In this document: piece after piece, positions 1-10,556 of the stretch
Layout of the letters: every line of letters begins with the position of its first letter
Numbering within the stretch: the stretch's first letter is position 1
Origin: a virus
DNA: 64,000 nucleotides
Direction: 5' to 3' (one strand)
IMG/VR virus record: IMGVR_UViG_3300023174_000121
Span: 21,947 to 85,946 of that record
Made by a program: the position numbers and the translations under genes
The notes under the pieces: generated by a model
Database searches by the model: none
What the model was told of the DNA's origin: nothing
What the model saw: the letters and a program-made list of their open reading frames with translations, nothing else

Positions 1-876
1 ACAAATCCTGGATTTGATTATCTTGGAGCACACGTTTCATCTAATAGAGTATCTATCTATTTTTATAAAGGAGAACCAACATCACCTTTACCAAATAATA
101 CCGAAGGAAATAATTCATATTTGACAGGCAATGATTTTGGAACTTTGGAAGAGTTTTCTAAAAAAGATGCTAATTCTATTGCTAGACAAATTATTGAATT
201 GGTGGGATGGATTTATAGGGGCGAATTCGAATCGGGTCCAAGAGATGAAAATATTCGAACTGAAGTTGCAAAAACTGTAGAAGCACTACAAAAACTTAAT
301 TATAAAACACTCGGTTCAGGATTACTCTCTGCAACAGCAGATCAACTTGATACTTCTATAACTAAATTCAATTACATAAAGCCTGTTTTCTATGATAAAA
401 CAGATGAACAATACATATATGATACACAAGTCGCGAGCAAATTGGCTGCTGGACATGATATAGCAAGAACTGTATATAATGCTCAAACCGGAACATATGT
501 AGGCGGTGCACCAGCAAATGTGTTTGGATATGATTCTTTTGGAAGACCTATCTATGATTTAAATAATGATAATATGATTAATGATGCAGACTTTAAAACA
601 AGTCTTGCTGATATTCAAAAAATTATTCCTACAGCAACGGCGACAAATGTTGGAAATCTTGGAAGTTACGTTTCTTCTAATTCGGCTTATCCAGATTATA
701 TTTTGCGTGGATCAACCGCAACGTCTGGATCATCGGGTGCTTCAGGTGGAAGCACCGTTGTAGCTGGAAACAATAGTAATAATACAACAAATAATACTAC
801 TGTCGTTCGACAAGTATCTAGTGTTGATGTTTTAAGAGGAATGACTACTCAAACTGCACTTCCAGTAACTGGATAA
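1..876 (+). CDS. C-terminal part of a virion/baseplate or tape-measure-like protein (5' truncated by window)
   Basis: Frame is open from position 1. S/T/N-rich tail (GGSTVVAGNNSNNTTNNTTV) resembles T4-like baseplate hub/tape-measure C-termini; convergent with gp32. Confidence 0.45.
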   Translation, partial: TNPGFDYLGAHVSSNRVSIYFYKGEPTSPLPNNTEGNNSYLTGNDFGTLEEFSKKDANSIARQIIELVGWIYRGEFESGPRDENIRTEVAKTVEALQKLNYKTLGSGLLSATADQLDTSITKFNYIKPVFYDKTDEQYIYDTQVASKLAAGHDIARTVYNAQTGTYVGGAPANVFGYDSFGRPIYDLNNDNMINDADFKTSLADIQKIIPTATATNVGNLGSYVSSNSAYPDYILRGSTATSGSSGASGGSTVVAGNNSNNTTNNTTVVRQVSSVDVLRGMTTQTALPVTG

Positions 877-903
877 AAAAAAGGAGAGCATTCGCTCTCC
901 TTT
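875..903. terminator. Rho-independent, probably bidirectional terminator
   Basis: AAAGGAGAGC-ATTC-GCTCTCCTTT hairpin with an A-run on the left (U-run on the minus strand), between convergent genes. Confidence 0.85.
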
Positions 904-923
904 CACATAATATAAGTTTGAAA

Positions 924-1826
924 TTAGTCTTCTGCTAATTTCTCAAAGTAACTTAAAGATTCGTCATCGTCATCTTCTGATGCATCAGCAACAGTCTTCT
1001 TTGCTTTACTTGCTACTGGAGCTGCTGGTGCGCTCTTTGCAACGATAGAAGAGATTGAATCTCCATCGCTACCGCTATCAAGACCAAGAACTTTATTGAG
1101 TTTAGCTTTCAATTCGTCATACGATTTGAAATTCTTTGGATCAAGAAACTCTGACAATGCGTGTTCTTGTTTCCAAATGTTCTCAAGGTCATCATCATCT
1201 TGCGACAAAGGACCTGGACGATCAAACTCAGACTTGTCGTAGTTTTGATAGCCTTCAACTTTACGAATCTTCAGTTTGAAGTTAGCGCCTTCCCAAAGAT
1301 CGAATGGGTTCGTTGGTGCTTCATCTTCAAATTCAGGATTCATCAAATCGTTTAGCTTGTCGAAGATTTTCTTACCAAATTTATATAAAAATACTTTGCC
1401 TTCGTTCTCGGGATTAGAAGGATCTTTAATGACATAGATGTTGCTGATGTACTGCAACTTACGCTTCTGTTTACGCGCAACGTCTTTGTTTGAATCGATA
1501 CCAGAGTTCCAAAGAACAGTATTGTGTTCTGAGACTGGATCTTTTTTGTTTATTGATGTGAGGGAATTTTCAATATACCATCCACCTGGACCCTGAAAGG
1601 AGTGTGTATAATATTGAATCCAGGGAACGTCTTCGCCTTCTGGTGCAGGAAGAAAGCGGATTGTTGCGAAACCGTTGCCAGCTTTATCTACTGTGGGTTT
1701 CCAGAATCGAAGGTCTTCGTATGATTTTTTACCTTCTTCTTTGTTTGAGAGTTTAGAAACTTCTTGTGTTAGTTTCTCTAAGTCCTTGTTGCGGGACTTC
1801 TTTAGATCTGCAAATGATGATGCCAT
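924..1826 (-). CDS. 32: T4-like single-stranded DNA-binding protein gp32
   Basis: RFWKP..DKAGNG.A.IRFLPAP, GKKIFDK, NPFDLWEGANFKLKIRKVEGYQNYDKSEF, acidic tail ending YFEKLAED. Confidence 0.97.
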   Translation of the reverse strand: MASSFADLKKSRNKDLEKLTQEVSKLSNKEEGKKSYEDLRFWKPTVDKAGNGFATIRFLPAPEGEDVPWIQYYTHSFQGPGGWYIENSLTSINKKDPVSEHNTVLWNSGIDSNKDVARKQKRKLQYISNIYVIKDPSNPENEGKVFLYKFGKKIFDKLNDLMNPEFEDEAPTNPFDLWEGANFKLKIRKVEGYQNYDKSEFDRPGPLSQDDDDLENIWKQEHALSEFLDPKNFKSYDELKAKLNKVLGLDSGSDGDSISSIVAKSAPAAPVASKAKKTVADASEDDDDESLSYFEKLAED

Positions 1827-2024
1827 AGTATGTTACCTCGTATTGAAATGTATAAATGTGTATTTACTGCGTACTTAAAGTATATGTAGATTTCTCTACA
1901 ACTTTATTTATAAGGCTTTGTGCCTTATTCTTTGGCAATACTAATGCACAAAGTGTTTTGTTGCTTTTAGTCTTAGTATTGAGTTGTCGTTTTGTTGGAG
2001 TTGTTGATTGTAGAAGAACTGGAA

Positions 2025-2453
2025 TCATTGCTCTTCGATTTTCAATGGACCAGAAACATTGATTTCGCAATCAACAGACACCCATCCATCTTGCTCTAAT
2101 CCCCATGTACCATCTTCTTCATATATTGAATTGAATGCTTCTCTATCTTCTTCTGGCATGTTGCTTGGAAATTCCCAATCTTCCCAAACACCATCTTGTG
2201 TTTCGAAATCATATACATCACCAAAGTCTTCGTATAGATCAGTTCCGACATCCGAATGATATGATGCTAACCATTGTTCGATAGTATAATCATCTGGTGC
2301 TGGTACTGTAAACGTTCCCCATCGCCAACCCATGTTTTGTTGAACCATGTAGTCGCCTTTTCTCCAATAACAAATGTCATTGATGCACTTTTTGTGTTCT
2401 GGAGTAATTACCCAAACTCTGTCATTTACTTCTGGTTCCATAAGTTTAATCAT
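2025..2453 (-). CDS. hypothetical acidic phage protein
   Basis: ORF overlapping the gp33 stop, in operon orientation. Confidence 0.75.
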   Translation of the reverse strand: MIKLMEPEVNDRVWVITPEHKKCINDICYWRKGDYMVQQNMGWRWGTFTVPAPDDYTIEQWLASYHSDVGTDLYEDFGDVYDFETQDGVWEDWEFPSNMPEEDREAFNSIYEEDGTWGLEQDGWVSVDCEINVSGPLKIEEQ

Positions 2454-2685
2454 CCTCTTCTAGTGGTAATCTTGCTTTTTGTGGAATCAATCTAGCTTTC
2501 ATTGCTTCGCTTTCAATCGTCGCTTTCATCTTTGGCGTAATGAGTGCTGCCGCAGTTTCTACTTCGATTTTCTTCCGTTCGCAATATTCTAGAATTGTGT
2601 CTAACATTGTAATCGGTTGTAGCTGTTTTTGCAAGGATTTGATTTCTCCTTCAAACTCTTTCTGAGTTAGAATTTTAAGATTCAT
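2446..2685 (-). CDS. 33: late promoter transcription coactivator gp33
   Basis: LDTILEYCERKKIEVETAAALITPKMKATIESEA...ARLPL; near gp32. Confidence 0.9.
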   Translation of the reverse strand: MNLKILTQKEFEGEIKSLQKQLQPITMLDTILEYCERKKIEVETAAALITPKMKATIESEAMKARLIPQKARLPLEEDD

Positions 2686-2709
2686 AGTTTTCCTATTGAA
2701 GAAAGGACA

Positions 2710-2738
2710 AGTATAACAGACTCTTACGCTGAAGTCAA
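2710..2738 (-). promoter_or_regulatory. sigma70-type promoter upstream of gp33
   Basis: TTGACT-N17-TATACT on the minus strand. Confidence 0.65.
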
Positions 2739-3710
2739 CATTGCGTTTACCACGCGAGTGTAATCTTGCCAGACACTCTCTTTGCTATACGTTTTATATA
2801 ATGGCTCTAGAGGAGTAGTTCCATTTGCAATAATCTGCTTGATACTACTATTCTCAATCAATACGCTTGGTTCCAGATCCCAATAGTTCCGCATCTGATG
2901 GCTTCTTGTTACCGCGATTGGTCGCTTCGCTGCCAATGCATAGTCTGGGCTGCTTGCTAATCCGCATCCATCTAAGTAATCATAGAAATAACAATTAATT
3001 GTGTTTTGTGCTAATAGATCGATAATTTGTTGCGTATCTAAAAGGTCGTGCGTAATAATAACATCAATTCCTGGTTTTGTGATGATTTGCTTCACTTCGT
3101 TTGCGCGAGCATATGCATTGCTGCCTTTGTAACCGTGAATCAAATCTTCATAGAATCCTAAAGGAATATGCAATCTTAGTGTTGCTTCATCAAACTCTTC
3201 TTGCACCTTATGTGCGAGTCTAGCGATACCTTTGTGTGGAGGTCCGAAGCCTTGAAATCCAATGATTGGTTTTTCTGGTTCAACATAAGATACTGTTGGT
3301 GCTCCGGGCAATAAACGATTCGTTGTAAATACATGCTTCGTTTCTTTCACGCTAGGATCATCTGCGATGATAAATTGCCAACCATGATTTGCTTCTGGTC
3401 TAAACGAATCAGCGATTGGCTGACTCATATCATGCATGATTCTCGCATGTTTGATATGTGGAAATGGCGCTCGCATTTGAGGATGATCCATCCACGGAGT
3501 AGTACCTGGAGCATAATTGTAAATGACAACTTGCGGATCAAACGACAAAATTCTTTCTTGCGTTTCATGCATACTATCTGTGTAGATCATATCGAAATGC
3601 AATCCTGGATGTTGCAATAGCACTTTACCCGTAACGTCACCCATCAAGCCAATTCCACAAGCAGCTTTTGCTCCAAGTGTTTGTGTAACAAATAGAACTT
3701 TAGTTTTCAT
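2724..3710 (-). CDS. putative GT-B glycosyltransferase (paralog of 4672-5616)
   Basis: N-terminal CGI motif, GFGPPHKG, and SSPDYALAAKRP resembling the GT-B 'EAMA.G.P' region; lies in the sugar cluster. Confidence 0.55.
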   Translation of the reverse strand: MKTKVLFVTQTLGAKAACGIGLMGDVTGKVLLQHPGLHFDMIYTDSMHETQERILSFDPQVVIYNYAPGTTPWMDHPQMRAPFPHIKHARIMHDMSQPIADSFRPEANHGWQFIIADDPSVKETKHVFTTNRLLPGAPTVSYVEPEKPIIGFQGFGPPHKGIARLAHKVQEEFDEATLRLHIPLGFYEDLIHGYKGSNAYARANEVKQIITKPGIDVIITHDLLDTQQIIDLLAQNTINCYFYDYLDGCGLASSPDYALAAKRPIAVTRSHQMRNYWDLEPSVLIENSSIKQIIANGTTPLEPLYKTYSKESVWQDYTRVVNAMLTSA

Positions 3711-4675
3711 TTTTGTTTTCCCACTTGCTCATAAATCCAGCCGTATGTAGTCTCTAGACCTTCGCGAAGATTTTGTTCTGGAGACCAATTCAATTTTTCT
3801 GCGATCAATTCATTGTTGCTATTGCGACCACGAACGCCAGTCGGACCATCAATGTGTTTCTTACGAATTGTCTTGCCAGCAATTTTCGCAACAAGATCGA
3901 CCGTATCATTAATGCTAATCATTTGATCTGCGCCAATGTTTACTGGACCATGAAATGTTTCACTCTGCATCAAACGGCGAACAGCTTCAACGCATTCTCC
4001 AATGTATAGAAAACTTCTTGTTTGTTCTCCGTCACCCCAAATTTCAATTTCATCACCGTCTTTTGCTTTTGCAATCTTTCTACAAACAGCAGCAGGAAAC
4101 TTTTCTTTACCGCCATCCCATGTGCCGTACGGACCAAAGATATTGTGAAACCGTGCTACTTTGTTTTGCATTCCATGTTGACGATTATATGCATGGAATA
4201 GTCTCTCTGAGAATAGTTTCTCCCAACCATACTCTGAGTCTGGATGTGCTGGATAAGCACTTGCTTCTCTGCAGTCTGGATTCTCATTCGTAGACTGCAA
4301 CTCTTCGTTATAGACGCAAGCACTACTACTAAAAAATACTTTTTTGATTCCCATCTCTTTGCATCGATGGAGTACGTTTAGATTAATGCTTGCGCTATTA
4401 TGCATAACGTCTGCGTCATAAAGATTCGTATTGATGTATCCAGCACCACCCATGTCTGCAGCCAGCTGATACACTTCATCGAAATGTCTATTGATGACAC
4501 GCCGAACTTCGCTTTGTTCTGTTAGATCCGCAAGAAAAAATTCATCTGCATTTAGATTTTTATATTCGTGTGTTTTCTTATCTGCAGCACGGACATAATA
4601 ACCTTCACTCTTCAGTCGGCTAACCATATGCCCGCCGATGAATCCTCCACCACCTAATACTAATGCATTTTTCAT
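3707..4675 (-). CDS. GDP-mannose 3,5-epimerase-like NAD-dependent epimerase
   Basis: GGGGFIG, LAADMGG, SSACVY, YGWEK, RFHNIFGPYGTWDGGKEK, WGDGEQTRSF, GVRGRNS. Confidence 0.9.
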   Translation of the reverse strand: MKNALVLGGGGFIGGHMVSRLKSEGYYVRAADKKTHEYKNLNADEFFLADLTEQSEVRRVINRHFDEVYQLAADMGGAGYINTNLYDADVMHNSASINLNVLHRCKEMGIKKVFFSSSACVYNEELQSTNENPDCREASAYPAHPDSEYGWEKLFSERLFHAYNRQHGMQNKVARFHNIFGPYGTWDGGKEKFPAAVCRKIAKAKDGDEIEIWGDGEQTRSFLYIGECVEAVRRLMQSETFHGPVNIGADQMISINDTVDLVAKIAGKTIRKKHIDGPTGVRGRNSNNELIAEKLNWSPEQNLREGLETTYGWIYEQVGKQK

Positions 4676-5616
4676 TTTTCGATTATATCCTCATAAAGAT
4701 TTAAAAGATTAGTTGGATTCCATGCGTCATAGAATTCCTGAAGTGGCTCAACACCAGCAGTAATTATATCTTTAATTGATACTTTTGTCAAATCATTAAA
4801 ATCTCTTCTCACATGTGAAAGGAAACTAGAATGATTCACACCAAAAGGCTTTCTTGATGCTAATGCACGATCAACAGATCCAGAGACACCAGGAACATCT
4901 GGCGTCTGATACCAATAAAGATTGATATCATTTTGATTTAGCCATGAGATTAGATTTCTTTTTGAGAGAAAATCTCTAGTGAAATTAATTTTCACATTGC
5001 TATTTGCAAGTTCCAAACATTGATCCACTAATGCGCCAGAGAGTTTTCCGCTTGGATCAACAAACACTCCATCAGAAACATGCAGATTTAGAATTACATC
5101 TTCTGTGAATTGTTCATTGATTAATCGAATCAATGTTGGCAAGTCTTTAGTTCGATTACCAATTCCACTAGTTCCAATTCGAATCGTTCCTTCGGGCTTG
5201 CTATATTGAATGTCATCATAGTATGTAATTGGAGGAATTCCAGCAAACTCGCCCGATGCAAGAAAATCATTATGACCAGCATTTGGATCTGTATGTATGT
5301 AATGATCAACACCAGTGAATGTGTTTAGATGCTCATGCCCAAAGATTACAATCTGCTTTACAAGACCAGAATTTTTAATTGGACGAGTGATTCCACTATT
5401 CAACCAATTCATTGTGTGTGGATGATGATTGTAGATGATTGCTACTGTATTATTTTCTTCGTTTTCTATGTGATTGAACAAATCATCTTTGTTGTTTGTC
5501 GCAAGAAAAGTAAATTCGTATTTCTTTGAAGTCTTTAAAATTTCGAAGACAGAATCAGCATATTGATAGATGCCACACTCTTTAGATTCACCAGTAACTA
5601 ATAATACATTTTTCAT
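4672..5616 (-). CDS. putative GT-B glycosyltransferase (paralog of 2724-3710)
   Basis: ECGIYQY, QNDINLYWY, SGSVDRALASRKPF and SIKDII.AGVEPL shared with its paralog. Confidence 0.55.
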   Translation of the reverse strand: MKNVLLVTGESKECGIYQYADSVFEILKTSKKYEFTFLATNNKDDLFNHIENEENNTVAIIYNHHPHTMNWLNSGITRPIKNSGLVKQIVIFGHEHLNTFTGVDHYIHTDPNAGHNDFLASGEFAGIPPITYYDDIQYSKPEGTIRIGTSGIGNRTKDLPTLIRLINEQFTEDVILNLHVSDGVFVDPSGKLSGALVDQCLELANSNVKINFTRDFLSKRNLISWLNQNDINLYWYQTPDVPGVSGSVDRALASRKPFGVNHSSFLSHVRRDFNDLTKVSIKDIITAGVEPLQEFYDAWNPTNLLNLYEDIIEK

Positions 5617-6530
5617 TCAAATAACTCCACAGTGGGCTTTTTATAATTTGCATATGATGGGTATTGTATCAAATTTTCACAGATTTCAATTGCTTTCGTA
5701 TCATCAACAGTATCACTAAAAAATGAATTCGCTAAGTATTCTCCTTCACCCATCAAACAATCTCTCATCTTATGCGAAAAGCACATGAACGTCTTTTGAT
5801 AGTTATTCATGTTTTCTTTGATATGTGCATAAGTGAATGGACCACTATTCTTACCAATAATCAACTTAACGAACATGCTTAGAAATGCAATTTGATTTAG
5901 ATTTCCAGTAGGAGCAGAAAACAAATAATCAGTACATGTTACGTTTGGCAAATCAACATCAACTTTATGTGTAATGAGAAACTCTTTTTCTGGAAACTTT
6001 GTAGCAAGTCCAATAATAATATTTCGCATATCACCCATGCTACTTTGTTCGCTTTGTTGAACGCCGTTACAAACTAAAATGATTTCTTTAGGATCAACTC
6101 TAAACAAATAGTTATTTGCTTCTGTAAGATCAAACTTTCTAAAATCTATAGAAGGATGATAGTATGAATAATCACCCTTCATTTCTAAATTCAATGCTTG
6201 ATAGAATTCTTTCCACATGTCATGCAAACAATAAAAGTTTGCATGATCCTTTTCTTTTAGATGTTTACCAATCCAGCAACCAACCCAAGTGTTGATGTAA
6301 AGAATGTTCTCTACTTGTGCGAGTGGAGTAAACGTACCAATCGGATGAATTGAACTTAAAGAAACATGCTCACAATTCAAATCCGAAACAATGTTCGGAT
6401 GATTATCATGAGCATATCTAAAAGTTACTCCGTTGGGATATCTGCTAATGATATCCCTAACGTATTCCTTATTAATGAAACAGTCACCATTTCTCCAACG
6501 ATTGAAGAATGTTATGTTGGTGATGTTCAT
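5613..6530 (-). CDS. putative glycosyltransferase (GT9-like)
   Basis: N-terminal RNGD and IIGKNSGPFTYA resembling GT9 'DSGP.H.A'; cluster context. Confidence 0.45.
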   Translation of the reverse strand: MNITNITFFNRWRNGDCFINKEYVRDIISRYPNGVTFRYAHDNHPNIVSDLNCEHVSLSSIHPIGTFTPLAQVENILYINTWVGCWIGKHLKEKDHANFYCLHDMWKEFYQALNLEMKGDYSYYHPSIDFRKFDLTEANNYLFRVDPKEIILVCNGVQQSEQSSMGDMRNIIIGLATKFPEKEFLITHKVDVDLPNVTCTDYLFSAPTGNLNQIAFLSMFVKLIIGKNSGPFTYAHIKENMNNYQKTFMCFSHKMRDCLMGEGEYLANSFFSDTVDDTKAIEICENLIQYPSYANYKKPTVELFE

Positions 6531-7786
6531 TTAGAGATGATTTCGAAGATTGGACAAGGAACAATAAACGCTCCACCTCCATCTAAAAATGCTTTCTCTC
6601 TTACTTGAAATTCGCTAATGAAGTGCCAAGGCAACACCAATGCATAGTCTGGTTTTGCTTTTCGCATTTCTTCTTCGCTAATGATGGGAATGTTTGATCC
6701 GATTGTTTTGTAACCAAACTTATATGGACTACGTTCTGCAATTGCTTTAACATGTGTATTGTCAATGCCAAAGTATTGAAGAAGTGTATTACCTTTGGTG
6801 CTTGCGCCATAGCCATATACGCTCTTACCGCTATGCTTTGCTTTCTCAATGAATTCAAGAACATCAATTTTCAAATCATCAAGTCGGTGCTTGAATGAAT
6901 TCCAAATGACTGGACTTGAAATGTCTACCACATTGTTCTCATAGTTTAGAATTGTTTCGACACGATAGTCGCAAACATCACGCAAAGGTGAGCTGCCGAA
7001 ACTACTGACTGGCGCACTTTCTTTTTGGAAATAAATTCTAAAACTTCCGCCGTTGGTGTCATTCAAACTACAGTCAACAACTTTAAAGCCATGCTGAGAG
7101 AACAACTTGTTAATACTCTTCAGATCATAGTAATAAACATGCTCATGGCAAATGTTATCAAATGCTAGTTGATTAATCATCAAAGGAGTATAACTCATTT
7201 GAAGAACTGCAACACCATCATCATCAAGAACATCATACATGTCTTGAACAAATGGATGCGGATCATCTAGGTCATAAAACATTGCAATGCAAGTAATGAC
7301 TTTTGCTTTCTTGCCAGAAAATCCAGCTTCAATCCATGCATCTTTGCTAAAGTAATCTTGCACAACTGTTGCGACTTTGCTGCTCTCTGCATAGAATGAA
7401 TCGTCGCAAGGATCGATACCAACTTTTTTTAGATTATCTGGAACAGCTTTCAATAGAGTTCCGTCATTACATGCAATGTCAAGCCAAACGTCATTGTCTT
7501 TCAACTTAACGCGGGATGTGATTTCTTTTACGATACCTTGCAATTCAAGCGTCATGCTTGTATTGATTGCACTACGATACCAATACCTACCCCACATAGT
7601 AGATGGTGGTGCAATGTCTGCTGGATTCAAGCGTGGTGCGCCCAACTCTTCGTCAAGATACAAATCTAGACTATACTTTTGGCGACCTTCCATTTCGCTA
7701 TCATCTTTGATGAAATCACTTACATAATGATTTCCAAGTTCAAGTAATTTTTTCATTAGTTTCTCCATGGTAAGACTTTTCTTCAA
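6527..7786 (-). CDS. NDP-sugar C-methyltransferase (class I SAM-dependent)
   Basis: DIACNDGTLL, FDNICHEHVYYY, NGGSFR, GYGASTKGNTLL, VLPWHF. Start may be the MKKLLELG Met. Confidence 0.88.
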   Translation of the reverse strand: MKKSLTMEKLMKKLLELGNHYVSDFIKDDSEMEGRQKYSLDLYLDEELGAPRLNPADIAPPSTMWGRYWYRSAINTSMTLELQGIVKEITSRVKLKDNDVWLDIACNDGTLLKAVPDNLKKVGIDPCDDSFYAESSKVATVVQDYFSKDAWIEAGFSGKKAKVITCIAMFYDLDDPHPFVQDMYDVLDDDGVAVLQMSYTPLMINQLAFDNICHEHVYYYDLKSINKLFSQHGFKVVDCSLNDTNGGSFRIYFQKESAPVSSFGSSPLRDVCDYRVETILNYENNVVDISSPVIWNSFKHRLDDLKIDVLEFIEKAKHSGKSVYGYGASTKGNTLLQYFGIDNTHVKAIAERSPYKFGYKTIGSNIPIISEEEMRKAKPDYALVLPWHFISEFQVREKAFLDGGGAFIVPCPIFEIISK

Positions 7787-8234
7787 TCAATTCAGAATTG
7801 CAAAGTAGATTAATTTCTTTCTTAATTCTTGCACGTTCATCATTAGTTTTTGGAATCAATCTAGCGACATTGATAAAGTGTTCGCCATAAGATTGTGCAG
7901 CAATCAGATCACGAATATCATCTTCAAGATTCCAGATTTTGTAATTGACAACAAACAGTTCATTGAAAAGTTTATTAACAGTATCTTTCGTTTGCTTGTA
8001 TATATCTAGGGAAATTAAAAGACGATGTTCTTTATCAATATTGATTAGCTTCGCTTCATCTTTGATTTCAATCATTTTGATTTGAAGAATCGTAATTCGA
8101 TCAAACAAATCACCAATGCTTCCAGGAATATACACAGCTCCAGCAGGTGGAGATTTGATTAGAGTTTTTTCCAATGAACCAAATTCTCTTTTGTAAACTG
8201 TTTTACCTTTATCTGGACTTTCGTAGATTTGCAT
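7740..8234 (-). CDS. DUF6165-like protein
   Basis: [15 protein letters not shown]...IWNLEDDIR...[12 protein letters not shown]...EEKSY; this family usually accompanies glycosylation genes. Confidence 0.7.
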   Translation of the reverse strand: MQIYESPDKGKTVYKREFGSLEKTLIKSPPAGAVYIPGSIGDLFDRITILQIKMIEIKDEAKLINIDKEHRLLISLDIYKQTKDTVNKLFNELFVVNYKIWNLEDDIRDLIAAQSYGEHFINVARLIPKTNDERARIKKEINLLCNSELIEEKSYHGETNEKIT

Positions 8235-9252
8235 TTTTTTGTTTCTCCATTTCACTTTCACACATTTCGAATACCAAGTCTTTGAACGTGTACTCTGGCT
8301 TCCAGTCTAACACTTTCTTAGCTTTACTGCAATCACCGAAAATTGTTGGCACTTCTGCGGGACGATAGAAGTCTTTATTAACTTCAATAATTTTCGCACC
8401 AGTAGAAACATTGATACCGATTTCGCTAAGACCTTCGCCACGCCATTCAATTTTGAATCCGAGATACTCTGCAACATCTTCGCAAAAATCGCGAACCGAA
8501 TGCTCTTCATCGCTGGAGATAACATAGTCATCTGGTTTATCTTGTTGTAGCATCGCCCACATTGCACGGACATAATCTTTAGCGTGACCCCAATCACGGC
8601 GAGCATTTAGATTACCTAATTGAAGAATTGATTGCAAGCCTAGATGGGTACGAATCATTCCCTGAACGATCTTTCGAGTAACGAACTCTGGTCCACGTCG
8701 CGGACTTTCATGATTGAATAGAATGCCATTACATGCGAAGAGATTAAAACTTTCGCGATAGTTTACAACAATCCAGTAGCCGTAGAGTTTAGCAACAGCA
8801 TATGGCGAGCGTGGATAGAATGGTGTGGCTTCAGTTTGTGGAGTCTCTTTTACTTTGCCATACAATTCACTTGTTGATGCTTGATAAAATTTTACTTGTT
8901 TCTCTTTTGAGAGAGTCTTAACTGCTTCAAGCAATTTTAAAACACCGATTGCGTTTGCGTCACCAGTGTATGTTGGGCAATCATAGCTTACGCTAACGTG
9001 GCTTTGTGCGCCGAGATTATAAACCTCATCTGGCTTCACTTTAAAAACAATAGACTCTAGATTTGCAGAATCAGTCAAATCGCCATAATGAAGTTTAAGT
9101 CTATGTTGAATGAATTCAATGTTGCCGGCATTGATTCCTGTACTTGAACGTCTAACAATTCCATGAACTTCGTATCCTTTATCAAGTAGAAGTTCTGCGA
9201 GATAGCTTCCGTCTTGACCAGTAATACCAGTAATCAATGCAACTTTACTCAT
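8209..9252 (-). CDS. gmd: GDP-mannose 4,6-dehydratase
   Basis: [55 protein letters not shown]. Confidence 0.97.
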   Translation of the reverse strand: MSKVALITGITGQDGSYLAELLLDKGYEVHGIVRRSSTGINAGNIEFIQHRLKLHYGDLTDSANLESIVFKVKPDEVYNLGAQSHVSVSYDCPTYTGDANAIGVLKLLEAVKTLSKEKQVKFYQASTSELYGKVKETPQTEATPFYPRSPYAVAKLYGYWIVVNYRESFNLFACNGILFNHESPRRGPEFVTRKIVQGMIRTHLGLQSILQLGNLNARRDWGHAKDYVRAMWAMLQQDKPDDYVISSDEEHSVRDFCEDVAEYLGFKIEWRGEGLSEIGINVSTGAKIIEVNKDFYRPAEVPTIFGDCSKAKKVLDWKPEYTFKDLVFEMCESEMEKQKNANLRKSR

Positions 9253-9320
9253 AATTTTTCACCTCTAAAGAAAAACATTATTCTAACATACAACTATATA
9301 TCTAGCAAATTTTCTCAAAC

Positions 9321-9328
9321 AATAAATA
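9321..9328 (+). promoter_or_regulatory. putative T4-type late promoter (AATAAATA)
   Basis: One mismatch to TATAAATA, just upstream of the GGAG RBS and ATG 9346. Confidence 0.55.
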
Positions 9329-9345
9329 ATAAAAACGGAGAAAAT

Positions 9346-9630
9346 ATGGAATTTACCGACATTACTACTATCGTCGCTGATGTTGGATTTCCAATCTCAG
9401 CAGCAATTGCTGCTGGTTATTTCGTATTACTCTGTCTCAAATTCATTCTAGCTGGAGTCACCTCTTCTATCAAGTCATTAGAAGAGATTACAAAAAGCCT
9501 AGACAAAAGAATTGACATAATGAATTCCGAAGTAGAAAGAATTGACATTAAAATATCTCATGCTTTAGGATTACAGCCCAATTTTGGAAGAATTGCTCGG
9601 GCTAATCATAATGATGTTAGAAAAGATTAA
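9346..9630 (+). CDS. small membrane protein, GFPI/YvrJ-like, with coiled coil
   Basis: DVGFPISAAIAAGYFVLL transmembrane segment followed by heptads; RBS GGAG. Confidence 0.75.
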   Translation: MEFTDITTIVADVGFPISAAIAAGYFVLLCLKFILAGVTSSIKSLEEITKSLDKRIDIMNSEVERIDIKISHALGLQPNFGRIARANHNDVRKD

Positions 9631-9651
9631 AAACACTAGGGTCATTAGTCA

Positions 9652-9825
9652 ATGCCAAATACTAAAAGGCAAACGCATCATAGACAACCACATAAGTCTT
9701 CTTCCCCACAGGAGTCTGACAAAAAAGCACACACTGCTGGGATTGGCATACTTTTAATTTTACTCACCAACTATCAGGCTGAAATTAAACAAATTGTTTC
9801 GGCCCTACTAAAGGGTATAACATGA
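9652..9825 (+). CDS. 57-aa small membrane protein (below ORF-track cutoff)
   Basis: MPNTKRQ...AGIGILLILLTNYQ...KGIT*; its TGA overlaps the ATG at 9822 (ATGA coupling). Confidence 0.6.
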   Translation: MPNTKRQTHHRQPHKSSSPQESDKKAHTAGIGILLILLTNYQAEIKQIVSALLKGIT

Positions 9826-10556
9826 CTGCATTATTAAATAAAGTTTTTGAATATAAGAAACTACCTTTTATTCTTGGTGGTTTAATATTTGCATCTTCTC
9901 TGACACTTCTTTCTGTCTTTAAGACTGCTGAGACACAACTCACACAACTTGATAATGCACGAAAAGTTGCAAAAGAAATGTCTAAGAGTTCAGATGATCT
10001 AACTGCATATGCAAGATATTATGTCACTACTAAAAACGATAAATGGAAAATTGAATTTGAAAAAGTCTTAGCAATTCGTTCTGGTGAAATTCCAAACGAT
10101 GATGGACTAAAAAAATCTTTTAAAGATAAAGTCAAAGAAGTTGGATTTGAACAGAACGAACTCGATATGATTCTAAAGTCAGAACTCTTATCTAATGAAC
10201 TTGCAAAACTTGAAATCAAAGCATTTAAGAATATTGAAGATTATAAAGCAGAGAAAGAACCCGAAAAGAACGCAGAGAAATTAGGCATTCTTGCAGTACA
10301 GGCAGAAATGGCAATGTTTGGAGAAGATTACCAAAAGCATAAATTTCTTGTCATGGACGCTGCAAACGAATTCTATAATATTGTTCATGGTCGATTGAAC
10401 TCTGCATATAACAAATCAATGACGATTGCATGGGCTTTGATTTCTACAATTAATGTGTCTCTCCTAATGTTAATGATCTTCATTCAACATGGAAATAAAA
10501 TTGTAAAGAAACCAGTGCGTAAACCAAGAAAAGTAATTCCAAAAAAGGTAGAGTGA
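9822..10556 (+). CDS. two-TM protein with a chemoreceptor/histidine-kinase-type periplasmic helical sensor domain and no signalling domain
   Basis: TM1, then SSDDLTAYARYYVT...VLAIRSG...GF...SNELAKLE..AF...MFGEDY..K..VM, then TM2 and a short basic tail. Confidence 0.7.
   Translation: MTALLNKVFEYKKLPFILGGLIFASSLTLLSVFKTAETQLTQLDNARKVAKEMSKSSDDLTAYARYYVTTKNDKWKIEFEKVLAIRSGEIPNDDGLKKSFKDKVKEVGFEQNELDMILKSELLSNELAKLEIKAFKNIEDYKAEKEPEKNAEKLGILAVQAEMAMFGEDYQKHKFLVMDAANEFYNIVHGRLNSAYNKSMTIAWALISTINVSLLMLMIFIQHGNKIVKKPVRKPRKVIPKKVE

Noticed and set aside
2025-2453. gp59 helicase loader by synteny
   Set aside because: It sits between gp33 and gp32, but the acidic Trp-rich sequence shows no gp59 motifs.
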